44,891 bases of DNA, from the UHGV virus genome UHGV-0435695; one strand, written 5' to 3'. Origin of the DNA: a virus. Within the stretch, counting starts at the first letter, position 1. The number at the start of each line of letters is the position of its first letter. This document shows positions 1-7,465 of this stretch, in pieces. Under the pieces are notes generated by a model. The model was not told where the DNA came from, did no database searches, and was given only the letters and a program-made list of their open reading frames with translations. The translations under genes were made by a program, and so were the position numbers.

Positions 1-110
1 CCGCAGTCCCCGGCTGTTGCTGCTCCGCGGTTCCCGGCTGTTGCTGCTCCGCTGTACCCGGCTGTTGCTGCTCCGCTGTCCCCGGCTGTTGCTGCCTTAG
101 ATTCTATACA
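1..110. repeat. 21-bp tandem repeat, about 5 units of CCGGCTGTTGCTGCTCCGCnGTnCC; it is coding and matches 44835-44891
   Basis: Direct reading of the sequence. The units differ only at the positions that encode the variable heptad residues. Confidence 0.9.
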
Positions 111-434
111 AGTTGTTTCAATCTTTTCCTTGGTATATTTGATTGCTGCATTTACAATTCCAGCAATACTCAACTGCGCACCAATGTGCATCTTTGTTGA
201 TGCAATTTTACTATCATCATGTCTGCTTATATCTCCACTCTGCTCTACCTCGCAATACACAGATTTTGATGGTGGATAATATTTAAAACAATCAAGTGGG
301 TATTCACATGCATGCATACCGCATTCACAAGCCACAGCCTTATCTTCCTCGTAATCCTTTCCCACTTCATATTGTTTATCTTTGCAGGTCATATCCTTGT
401 TAAAACCTTTATACGATTTTATTATTTCTTCCAT
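1..434 (-). CDS. N-terminal part of a Cys-rich protein with tandem GAATAGxS heptad repeats; the ATG is at 434 and the gene continues off the left edge, apparently wrapping to 44891
   Basis: Minus-strand translation from the ATG at 434 gives MEEIIKSYKGFNKDMTCKDKQYEVGKDYEEDKAVACECGMHACEYPLDCF...KAATAGDSGAATAGYSGAATAGNRGAATAGDC. A GGAGG RBS precedes it. The 21-bp tandem DNA repeat at 1-110 encodes the heptads. Confidence 0.6.
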   Translation of the reverse strand, partial: MEEIIKSYKGFNKDMTCKDKQYEVGKDYEEDKAVACECGMHACEYPLDCFKYYPPSKSVYCEVEQSGDISRHDDSKIASTKMHIGAQLSIAGIVNAAIKYTKEKIETTCIESKAATAGDSGAATAGYSGAATAGNRGAATAGDC

Positions 435-447
435 AAAACCTCCTACT

Positions 448-621
448 CTAAGAAATATTATTAGTAGTACGTCTGGAATCCTCAAAAGCTTTTATATCCT
501 CTTCACTTATGCGGTATTCCCTACCAATTTTAATTGCTGATAACTTCTTCTTGCGAATCCAGTCCCATACAGTAATAACCTGTACGGCATAACGAGACGC
601 TACTTCTTCGCACGTAAACAT
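448..621 (-). CDS. xis: Excisionase-type HTH_17 (MerR-like) DNA-binding protein; putative Xis
   Basis: MFTCEEVASRYAVQVITVWDWIRKKKLSAIKIGREYRISEEDIKAFED fits the short Xis/AlpA HTH pattern. An internal ATG at 621 with a GGGTGGGA RBS is preferred over the ORF-track start at 732. The gene is divergent from the immR-int operon, as in ICEBs1. Confidence 0.55.
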   Translation of the reverse strand: MFTCEEVASRYAVQVITVWDWIRKKKLSAIKIGREYRISEEDIKAFEDSRRTTNNIS

Positions 622-849
622 TTTTGGCAAAAAAATCCCACCCTTCTTTAAAATAATACTTGCGTTTACTTCGGTTTGGTGATATACTTTGTTTACCAGA
701 CGAGGTACATCACTAAACCAATACAATGGCATTGTTTTATGTCGTTCTACCGCTGTATATGTATACTATACCACTATACACCGATGTAGTCAATACTTTT
801 TTATTGCGTTTTTTCGATGTATTTTTAAAATACAAAGAAAGGAGTAACA
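622..849. promoter_or_regulatory. Divergent switch region between xis (minus) and immR (plus); contains CTATAC/GTATAC-rich repeats that are candidate operators
   Basis: A 228-bp AT-rich intergenic region with repeated tgtatatgtatactataccactatacacc motifs, sitting between divergently oriented regulatory genes. Confidence 0.4.
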
Positions 850-1272
850 ATGTACGAAGTTTTTGAACTACTTTTGAAGAAATTTGGGATAACAGCTTAC
901 AAATTTTGTAAAGATACTGGTGTGTCTCAATCAACAATTTACACATGGAAGAAAAAGCATTCACTTGTAGGACCGGAAATAGGAAAAATTATTGCGAATT
1001 ACTTTGGAGTTACTATTGACTATCTAATGACTGGGAAGGAGGAATCCCCAGAAGCAAAGAAGCCCACTCTTTCTGGAAATGAAGAGCTTAATGTAATTAA
1101 TGATGTTGACGAGATTATGAAGCGCATAAGGAACAATGAAACAGTTGTCCTAAGATTTAACGGCGAGGATTACTCGGGGGATGAGGATGAAGATAAATTA
1201 TTAAGAGACTCACTGTTATCACTTTGTAGGGCAGCTAAGATTAAGAAAAAGCAGGAAGGCTTTGGAGAGTAG
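850..1272 (+). CDS. XRE-family HTH repressor, ImmR/CI-like
   Basis: The N-terminal HTH_XRE segment is GITAYKFCKDTGVSQSTIYTWKK and the tail is acidic. The RBS is aaaggag and an ImmA gene follows immediately. Confidence 0.75.
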   Translation: MYEVFELLLKKFGITAYKFCKDTGVSQSTIYTWKKKHSLVGPEIGKIIANYFGVTIDYLMTGKEESPEAKKPTLSGNEELNVINDVDEIMKRIRNNETVVLRFNGEDYSGDEDEDKLLRDSLLSLCRAAKIKKKQEGFGE

Positions 1273-1275
1273 CGA

Positions 1276-1701
1276 TTGGATATTAAAGATACTGTTTTGA
1301 ATCTGGTTGAAAAATACGGAACCAGGAATCCTATGGAACTTGCGGACTATTTAGGTTTTATTGTACAAAAGCATGACCTGGGGAAATACTCAGGTTACTA
1401 CATAGAATACGAAGGAGTACCGTGCATATGCATCAATTCCCGCATTGCCGATACAAAATACAGTGATATTGTCTTAGCCCATGAAGTAGGTCATGGGGTG
1501 CTACACCAAGGTACTGAATGTATGTTTTTCGGAGGAACCTTTTTCAGTAAGGTTAAGCCGGAGCAAGAAGCAAATATTTTTGCTGCGGAGTTATTGATAC
1601 CTGACACTACTATATTAGAAAACCCAGGGTTAAACAAAAAGCAACTTTCCTGTTTAACAGGATACAGAGAAAAACTTTTTGACTTTAAAGAATGGAGATA
1701 G
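1276..1701 (+). CDS. ImmA/IrrE-family zinc metallopeptidase (anti-repressor protease)
   Basis: The HEVGH zinc motif (HExxH) and the EQEANIFAAELLIP segment are typical of ImmA/IrrE. It is adjacent to the XRE repressor. Confidence 0.8.
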   Translation: MDIKDTVLNLVEKYGTRNPMELADYLGFIVQKHDLGKYSGYYIEYEGVPCICINSRIADTKYSDIVLAHEVGHGVLHQGTECMFFGGTFFSKVKPEQEANIFAAELLIPDTTILENPGLNKKQLSCLTGYREKLFDFKEWR

Positions 1702-1704
1702 CCT

Positions 1705-2385
1705 ATGCGTCCAAGTCAATACCATTATATAAAGCGCATGTGGGTAAGAAGTTCGTATAAGAGAAAAGAAAAAAGGAAACATATATTATTGCTACCATTT
1801 CGACTGGTTTATAATTTTTATAGTTTTCCTTTTAGGTTAATGGTCTATCCATTTAAAAGTAGTAGAAAAATAAAAACATATAAAAACGATATGTCTACAG
1901 AAACAATAAAAGGTATTTTGGGTGGGGTATCAATTCTACTTATAACATTTTTAATATTATACTGTATTCAGAATTTCTTTTATTTATTTGGCTATGGACC
2001 TTTGATATTGTTTATGATTTTTTTATCTATATTTATATATTGTAAGTGGGCCAAAAAAGAAATTGATGAATTACCAGAAACAATTTTAGAACACATAAAA
2101 TCATTGGCTGAAATCATAAACACCACCAAAGATGAAGATATATTTGAAACTTCATTGAATGAAATTAAAATAGAGTTAAATAAATTGGTACCTTATGAAA
2201 AAAGTGGGTTTCTAGGACCAGAATTTTGTCCATCAAATGACCTAGAAAAAATTATTGCCAACGAACAATCAACCAGAAGAAGATTTGAAGAAAGAAAAAA
2301 GTTTGATGTAGAACAATATGCAAAAATGTGTAATGCCTATATTGAACATCAAGAAGATATGGAACAGTATAAAGATTCTAATTGA
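1705..2385 (+). CDS. Hypothetical membrane protein: basic N-terminus, 2-3 TM helices, acidic coiled-coil C-terminus. It is cargo between immA and int.
   Basis: The hydrophobic stretch is ILGGVSILLITFLILYCIQNFFYLFGYGPLILFMIFLSIFIYCKW, with a GGAGA RBS. No family recognised. Confidence 0.5.
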   Translation: MRPSQYHYIKRMWVRSSYKRKEKRKHILLLPFRLVYNFYSFPFRLMVYPFKSSRKIKTYKNDMSTETIKGILGGVSILLITFLILYCIQNFFYLFGYGPLILFMIFLSIFIYCKWAKKEIDELPETILEHIKSLAEIINTTKDEDIFETSLNEIKIELNKLVPYEKSGFLGPEFCPSNDLEKIIANEQSTRRRFEERKKFDVEQYAKMCNAYIEHQEDMEQYKDSN

Positions 2386-2406
2386 AGCACAGGGCTGGTG
2401 ATATAT

Positions 2407-3000
2407 ATGAGTATAAAAGGTACTACCAAAGAACTATTTATAGGAAAAGAACAAATAAGTGTTATTAATTTTTTTGGTTCTAAAACAACAGTGCAGTACT
2501 CCAATATGAAAAAAATTGAATATTGCTTTGCAGCCAAAACCAGATGTGGTTATATGAATTTTATAAGTCGTACAAATGAAAAAACTACGTTTGAGTTCGC
2601 ATATAAAGTTAATGAACCTGTATTAAGAGCGGTGGATTATATAACAGAGCGGTGCCCTGATTTGCCTATGATTGAATCAGAACAGAAAGAACAGCCTATT
2701 ACTAATCCGTCCAAAGATAATTCAGGTTTGAAGTGTCCTAAGTGTAAAAGCCATAATGTTGACTTATGGTCCAATGATGCAAACTACAAGATAAAGCAAA
2801 AAACATCGGTTAATATAAACCCTCTACACCCACTAACAGTTTTTAACACAAAGGAAGAAAAGAAAGAAAAAACATCTGCTGCTAAAATTGGACTTGGGAT
2901 AGCAACTGCTGGTACATCTTTACTATTCACTGGTACCAAAAAGAAAGCACACAATGAATACTATTGTCGTGATTGCGGAAATAGATGGATTGGAAAATAA
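2407..3000 (+). CDS. Hypothetical protein with a bacterial PH-like N-terminal domain and a split C4 zinc ribbon
   Basis: Cysteine pairs CPKCKS and CRDCGNRW are separated by a Lys-rich and hydrophobic (AAKIGLGIATAGTSLLFTG) segment. The ORF-track GTG start is at 2398; the first ATG is at 2407. Confidence 0.5.
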   Translation: MSIKGTTKELFIGKEQISVINFFGSKTTVQYSNMKKIEYCFAAKTRCGYMNFISRTNEKTTFEFAYKVNEPVLRAVDYITERCPDLPMIESEQKEQPITNPSKDNSGLKCPKCKSHNVDLWSNDANYKIKQKTSVNINPLHPLTVFNTKEEKKEKTSAAKIGLGIATAGTSLLFTGTKKKAHNEYYCRDCGNRWIGK

Positions 3001-3163
3001 AAAACCGGCCCCTGCGCCAACAGGAACCGGCCCACATACCCGAAGATATGCACTATAATTTGCACTTATATTGTACCATCTTCGGGGCGGCTTTGCAAGA
3101 TATTTGCGGAGCTGTATTTTTTATACCTATTTTTAGGAAAATCAATTGAAGGAGGAAAGAAAA

Positions 3164-4234
3164 ATGACTACAAAAGCCCCGAAAAGAAAAAAAGGAGTAC
3201 TGCCGTCTGGAAATGTCCGAGTGCAAGTGTATCTGTATACAGATGATAAAGGAAAACGGCATTACAAAAGCTTTGTTGCTCCATCACGCAAGGAAGCAAA
3301 GGAAATGGCTACTAGATGGAAATTAGACATGAAGGACAAGCCTATAGAGCAATATAGCGTACCGGAAGAGGACGAGGACGAAGATATAACAGTGAGCCAA
3401 GCTATTGAACGTTATTTAAACGTTAAGAAAGGCGTTTTAAGCCCTTCTACTCTTAGAGGGTATATTGGTATGCAAAGGCAGTATTTTGACGGCGTATTTG
3501 GGCGTAAACGGCTCTCAGAGCTATCTAATCCATCCGTGCAGATATGGGTAAGTGATTTGGCAGGAAAACAACTGTCTCCCAAGACAGTTAGAAATGTCTA
3601 TGGACTGTTATCCGCATCCTTGGAAATGTTTGCGCCGGATTTAACCTTAAAGGTCAAACTTCCACAGAAAAAGCGCCCAGATTTGTACTGCCCCAATGAC
3701 AATGATATCAAAAAGCTGTTAGACGCTATCAAAGGTACAGATTTAGAGATAGCCGTGTTACTGGCTGCGTTTGGGCCACTCAGACGTGGAGAGATAAGCG
3801 CTCTTACGGATAAAAATATAGAGGGTCGTATTATCCATGTAAGAGACAATATGGTTAAGGGGCCAGACAATCAATGGTATATCAAACAGCCAAAGACGGA
3901 TGATAGTACACGGGATGTAGAAATGCCAGCCTTTGTAATTGACCGGATATCTAACAAAAAAGGAAGGCTGGTTGATATGAACCCGGATTATATCACACAT
4001 AGATTTGGGCGGGTGCTTAAAAAGATTGATGTACCGCATTTCCGCTTTCACGACCTCCGGCATTATGCTGCATCCATTATGCACGCCATAGGTGTACCAG
4101 ACCAATATATATTGCAGCGGGGAGGATGGGCCAGCGATAATATCATGAAAACTGTATACAGAAATGTGATTGACCTGGAATCTGTCCGGCAAAATAAAAA
4201 AATCAATAAACACTTTGAAAAATTCATTATGTGA
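3164..4234 (+). CDS. int: Tyrosine-type site-specific integrase (phage integrase family)
   Basis: The C-terminal catalytic signature is FHDLRHYAASIMHAIGVPDQYILQRGGWASDNIMKTVY. A SAM-like N-terminal domain is present. The GGAGG RBS is at 3150 and the ATG at 3164. Confidence 0.9.
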   Translation: MTTKAPKRKKGVLPSGNVRVQVYLYTDDKGKRHYKSFVAPSRKEAKEMATRWKLDMKDKPIEQYSVPEEDEDEDITVSQAIERYLNVKKGVLSPSTLRGYIGMQRQYFDGVFGRKRLSELSNPSVQIWVSDLAGKQLSPKTVRNVYGLLSASLEMFAPDLTLKVKLPQKKRPDLYCPNDNDIKKLLDAIKGTDLEIAVLLAAFGPLRRGEISALTDKNIEGRIIHVRDNMVKGPDNQWYIKQPKTDDSTRDVEMPAFVIDRISNKKGRLVDMNPDYITHRFGRVLKKIDVPHFRFHDLRHYAASIMHAIGVPDQYILQRGGWASDNIMKTVYRNVIDLESVRQNKKINKHFEKFIM

Positions 4235-4250
4235 TAGAATAGCATATTTT

Positions 4251-4473
4251 CCGTGTTGCATCGTGTTGCATATATCCTAAATATTATAATTACTTACTCC
4301 GTGACAGACGGAGGAAGTGCTATTCAAGAACATGAAAAAACCTTGCAAATACGTTGTTTTTTACGTATCTACAAGGTTTTAAGAAAAAGCTGCTGACGGG
4401 AATCGGACCCGTAAAATATAACGGTTTTATGCGGTTTATAGGCTCCGTGTTGCATTTCGTGTTGCATATTTCC
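4251..4473. repeat. attP-like region: paired arm-type direct repeats CCGTGTTGCAT-n-CGTGTTGCATAT(A/T)TCC at 4251-4277 and 4445-4473, flanking a 40-bp imperfect palindrome at 4339-4378
   Basis: Read directly. There are four copies of GTGTTGCAT in the int/lysin convergent intergenic region. Confidence 0.5.
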
Positions 4474-4522
4474 GAAGATGGTATAATATTTATAGAAGCG
4501 TCAGTGTAAAAATCTGGCGCTT

Positions 4523-5263
4523 TTATATTGAATTAGAGTCCTCTATGTACCAGATATTCTGCGCCCCATTATCCTGACTATGCCAGCACGCCCCCTCCAA
4601 TGGACCGTTTGGTGTAGGGTCAAAGTAATACCAATCCCCCGAACCATCATCCGGGTCACATACGCTACCATTCCAGCGGTGCCAGCTGGTGCAAGCATAT
4701 CCGTCTTTGTTAAACAGATACCAATGGTGATTTATGACACACCACTTATTAGCCGGGTAAGTTCCATCTGGTCTGCGGTACCACCAGCCGTTATTATCCT
4801 TAATCCAGCCAGTGCGTCCCTCTGTCACCCAGGTTTTCATAAATTCATCCGGGGTGCGATATAGTTTCTTGATTCCAGATGTGCTGCTTCCCCAATCCGG
4901 CAATTGGAAATGTGGCTTGTCCACAGGAGACTTCCAATTTCCACCCCATTCAAGTCCCAAAGATACACCGATAGCACCTACACGGTTAAAAAATCCACCA
5001 ATTTCATTATAGGCCCCAGTTCCATCATTGCGGAATATATCAAAAGCAGTTCCCCACTGATGATAAGAGCTGTAACTGCTGCCGGCAGCATTAGTTACAA
5101 TGTTACCCGGTTTAGTCCTGCCCTGAGCATATAAAGCATCCTGCTCTGCCACAGTCCGCAGTGTCTCTCCTATCTTAATTTTTAATCCTTGTTTATTACA
5201 TTCATCCACCAACTGACCTGCTAAAAGCTGCAAGCGTGGATGACACAATGTGATATCTCTCAT
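4523..5263 (-). CDS. Endolysin: peptidase M15 (VanY-like, zinc D-Ala-D-Ala / L-Ala-D-Glu peptidase) with C-terminal choline-binding-type cell-wall-binding repeats
   Basis: SYHQWGTAFDI matches the SxHxxGxAxD zinc motif, and DKPHF is also present. C-terminal GWWY/WYLF aromatic repeats follow. Start chosen as MRDITL (ATG 5263), 6 nt after the GGAGG RBS; the ORF-track start is 5308. Confidence 0.85.
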   Translation of the reverse strand: MRDITLCHPRLQLLAGQLVDECNKQGLKIKIGETLRTVAEQDALYAQGRTKPGNIVTNAAGSSYSSYHQWGTAFDIFRNDGTGAYNEIGGFFNRVGAIGVSLGLEWGGNWKSPVDKPHFQLPDWGSSTSGIKKLYRTPDEFMKTWVTEGRTGWIKDNNGWWYRRPDGTYPANKWCVINHHWYLFNKDGYACTSWHRWNGSVCDPDDGSGDWYYFDPTPNGPLEGACWHSQDNGAQNIWYIEDSNSI

Positions 5264-5391
5264 AATCATCCTCCAATTATACTGTTTTTCTGCTGCTCTG
5301 TAATCCATCCAAGTAATACAGCCCGGTTAAGCTCATCAACGGTTAATGGTCCTTTTCCATTGTTATATAACCTTTTTAATGTTGTATACAT
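5260..5391 (-). CDS. XkdX-family small phage protein
   Basis: The 43-aa product MYTTLKRLYNNGKGPLTVDELNRAVLLGWITEQQKNSIIGG has the XkdX signature (L..AV..GWIT). It was not in the ORF track because it is under 60 aa. The RBS is GGAGGTG. Confidence 0.65.
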
Positions 5392-5392
5392 A

Positions 5393-5806
5393 TTACACCT
5401 CCAGTTGACTTAAAATCATTGCATCCACTGTATCTTGCAAGGTCTGTACTGTATCTCTAATATCCGGCCTCCGAAGCTTTGCAATCATAATGGTTTCCTT
5501 CACTTCATTGGTTTCGTAATTTGGCTCTTCCTCAGTTCCGGTATTTACTGTTTCAGAGGATATGACATAATTCATTTTCTTATGCATCTCCACCAGCTGA
5601 GTAAATCCGGTTTTTACTTCTATCGGCTGACTGTCCAAACCAAGTATGTAGATTCTTTCTGTGTTTGTCGGATTAAATTCGGATTCTACCGTTTCAAAAC
5701 TATCTAGGACGGGAAGAAACGACAGGGTTAGGTAATCGCCTGATTCTTCCACCCCGTTTGTTATTAAGTCGTATTTTGTGTTGTTTAATAGTTTTAATTG
5801 GTTCAT
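5393..5806 (-). CDS. Hypothetical phage protein
   Basis: ORF with an aaaggag RBS before the MNQLKLLNNT start; the product is acidic and no TM segment is seen. Confidence 0.5.
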   Translation of the reverse strand: MNQLKLLNNTKYDLITNGVEESGDYLTLSFLPVLDSFETVESEFNPTNTERIYILGLDSQPIEVKTGFTQLVEMHKKMNYVISSETVNTGTEEEPNYETNEVKETIMIAKLRRPDIRDTVQTLQDTVDAMILSQLEV

Positions 5807-5835
5807 TTTACTCCTTTCATGGGTATACTTTTTAT

Positions 5836-6186
5836 ATGGCAAATAGCAATTTAGCATCCAAAATAAATATGATACCTTACGCCAAATCCAGTATACCTAT
5901 TGCCGCCGGTGACGATTTTTATGCTTATATACCAGTAAGTATTGATACTTCTGTGTACAAATTGATATGCCCTATACTGTCCGATGTTACAGGCGACAAT
6001 TGCACTAAGATAAATATAAGTACATGCAAATGGAATATCTGCTTACCATTTTGGTTGCATGAATTGATTAATAATGCATATGGCTTTTCTGTTAATCCAG
6101 CCAAAGTTATATCTAAAGGAATATTACAGACTTTCCCGTCAATAAAGCCTGTCTGTATATCAGCGTTTGGTATGAACGAAATTTAA
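5836..6186 (+). CDS. Hypothetical protein (N-terminus MANSNLASK); a plus-strand ORF inside the minus-strand late region
   Basis: The ATG at 5836 overlaps a 16-bp direct repeat. No obvious RBS. It shares NSNLA with the ORF at 6631. Confidence 0.3.
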   Translation: MANSNLASKINMIPYAKSSIPIAAGDDFYAYIPVSIDTSVYKLICPILSDVTGDNCTKINISTCKWNICLPFWLHELINNAYGFSVNPAKVISKGILQTFPSIKPVCISAFGMNEI

Positions 6187-6263
6187 GCCCATTTGTATTG
6201 CTACATTTTAGAAATTGCTAATGTATATTTATGAACAGCTATAATCTAAAAAATAGCAAACCA

Positions 6264-6554
6264 TTAATCTATCAGAATTGGAATTCCATAATCAACGCAA
6301 CACTGGTGTTCTACACGGCAGCCTCTTTTTTCTTTCCATCCTGGAGCAAATACTGCTGCATCTGCCGTGCTCAATGCTTCTATACTCTTTGCCAAGAACA
6401 TAAGAGCATTGCCATCGAAGTTCTGAAAGAAGGTATCTAATACCTGGATTTCTCCACATTTTTCTTTTGCAAGATTAATCATGTTCTCTCTTTCAGACAA
6501 GATTTCTCCATCAGATTTGCCTCCCATGGGCTGTGACAAAAATATTTTCTTCAT
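6264..6554 (-). CDS. DUF4406-like protein (nucleoside 2-deoxyribosyltransferase-like fold)
   Basis: The N-terminus MKKIFLSQPMGG and the segment AAVFAPGWKEKRGCRVEHQCCVDYGIPI match the DUF4406 pattern. The RBS is agaggaa. Confidence 0.6.
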   Translation of the reverse strand: MKKIFLSQPMGGKSDGEILSERENMINLAKEKCGEIQVLDTFFQNFDGNALMFLAKSIEALSTADAAVFAPGWKEKRGCRVEHQCCVDYGIPILID

Positions 6555-6630
6555 AATTCCTCTCTTTCTGCTGTTTTAAGGACAGCTCCTTATTATTCAA
6601 AATAGCAATTTAGCAAAAACCAATGCAAAG

Positions 6631-6822
6631 GTGACTTTAAACGGCGTCAAGAACATTAATGGGTTTACAACCGTATATTCCGACCGGACCGACCGGGCAT
6701 TCCAGCTCTACTATGAAAACGGTGAGATTGCGTCAATCGCATTTAACAACACTGGTATCTGGTATGATTTTTATGACGGTCAAAACTGGAAACAGGTTTG
6801 GAAGTTTTATAAGCCGACATAA
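6631..6822 (+). CDS. Hypothetical small beta-rich protein; its start is uncertain (GTG at 6631, or the frame opens upstream as QNSNLAKT...)
   Basis: The second copy of the 16-bp repeat lies just upstream, in frame. No ATG is available. Confidence 0.3.
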   Translation: MTLNGVKNINGFTTVYSDRTDRAFQLYYENGEIASIAFNNTGIWYDFYDGQNWKQVWKFYKPT

Positions 6823-6826
6823 TTTA

Positions 6827-7456
6827 TTAAAACACAACACTTCCCCTTAATTTAACCGCAGATTCCGGTATTGCTGTCCCTTCCAACGTCAGCAGTTTTA
6901 TTGTCCCATCTGACGATATTAACACCATAAGGAAGCGGTTCCCTGCAAAATCATATACATAGGCGCTGACATCCTGCTTTGGGGCATATTGGCTGGATAT
7001 GGTTCCAATGACGGAATTAGCGATTGCCGATGTATAGACATATACCAAGGCAGAATAAATGCATTGTCCATTACTATATTTCGCCACATTATGATATCCG
7101 CTGGTGATATTTTCCGGTTCCGTTGAAACACCTGTAATATTGGGAATATTATAGGTCCCGATAATATTTTTGTTCGCTAAATTGCTATTTATAGTAGCAA
7201 TATTCTCCGTATTATTTGTGATTGCTTGCTGCATCGAATAGGCCAGAGAGGATGATGGAACTGTGGTTTCCGAATTTGTTTGAACAGTTGAAATCAATGT
7301 TTTCAGTGCATCAATTATCTGATTAGCTTTTTCGACTGTTTCTTCTAGTTTATTTTCTGTTTTATTAAGATGTTCAGCATCAATATCCGGTTCTGAATTA
7401 TTTACATAATTAGTTGGATTATAGTTGTCCATTTTTTCTAAATCATTTATTGCCAT
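6827..7456 (-). CDS. Tail fiber or receptor-binding protein
   Basis: N-terminal coiled-coil, Ser/Thr/Asn-rich middle section, and its position beside other fiber genes. Confidence 0.5.
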   Translation of the reverse strand: MAINDLEKMDNYNPTNYVNNSEPDIDAEHLNKTENKLEETVEKANQIIDALKTLISTVQTNSETTVPSSSLAYSMQQAITNNTENIATINSNLANKNIIGTYNIPNITGVSTEPENITSGYHNVAKYSNGQCIYSALVYVYTSAIANSVIGTISSQYAPKQDVSAYVYDFAGNRFLMVLISSDGTIKLLTLEGTAIPESAVKLRGSVVF

Positions 7457-7465
7457 GCTCTCCTC

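Noticed and set aside
1-110. Tandem 21-bp repeats at both window ends considered as a CRISPR or minisatellite array
   Set aside because: There are no spacers, the units are contiguous, and they sit in-frame inside an ORF, encoding a clean 7-aa protein repeat.
448-732. Full 94-aa version of the xis ORF
   Set aside because: There is no RBS at 732, and the HTH_17 domain is complete from the internal ATG at 621, which has an RBS.
3039-3086. Hairpin cccgaagat...atcttcggg after the 2407-3000 gene as a terminator
   Set aside because: The loop is 30 nt and no T run follows, and int is likely cotranscribed downstream. It may instead be a regulatory structure, so it is not called a terminator.
4380-4440. 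Possible tRNA 3' fragment (T-arm-like hairpin acggg-aatcgga-cccgt) at attP
   Set aside because: The loop does not fit the TTCRANY consensus on either strand, and no acceptor stem or CCA-compatible end is present. It is kept only as part of the attP candidate.
5758-6186. Extended 142-aa version of the plus-strand ORF starting at 5758
   Set aside because: The extension overlaps the start of the minus-strand gene 5393-5806 and carries the shared NSNLA repeat. The ATG at 5836 is the more parsimonious start, and even that gene is low confidence.
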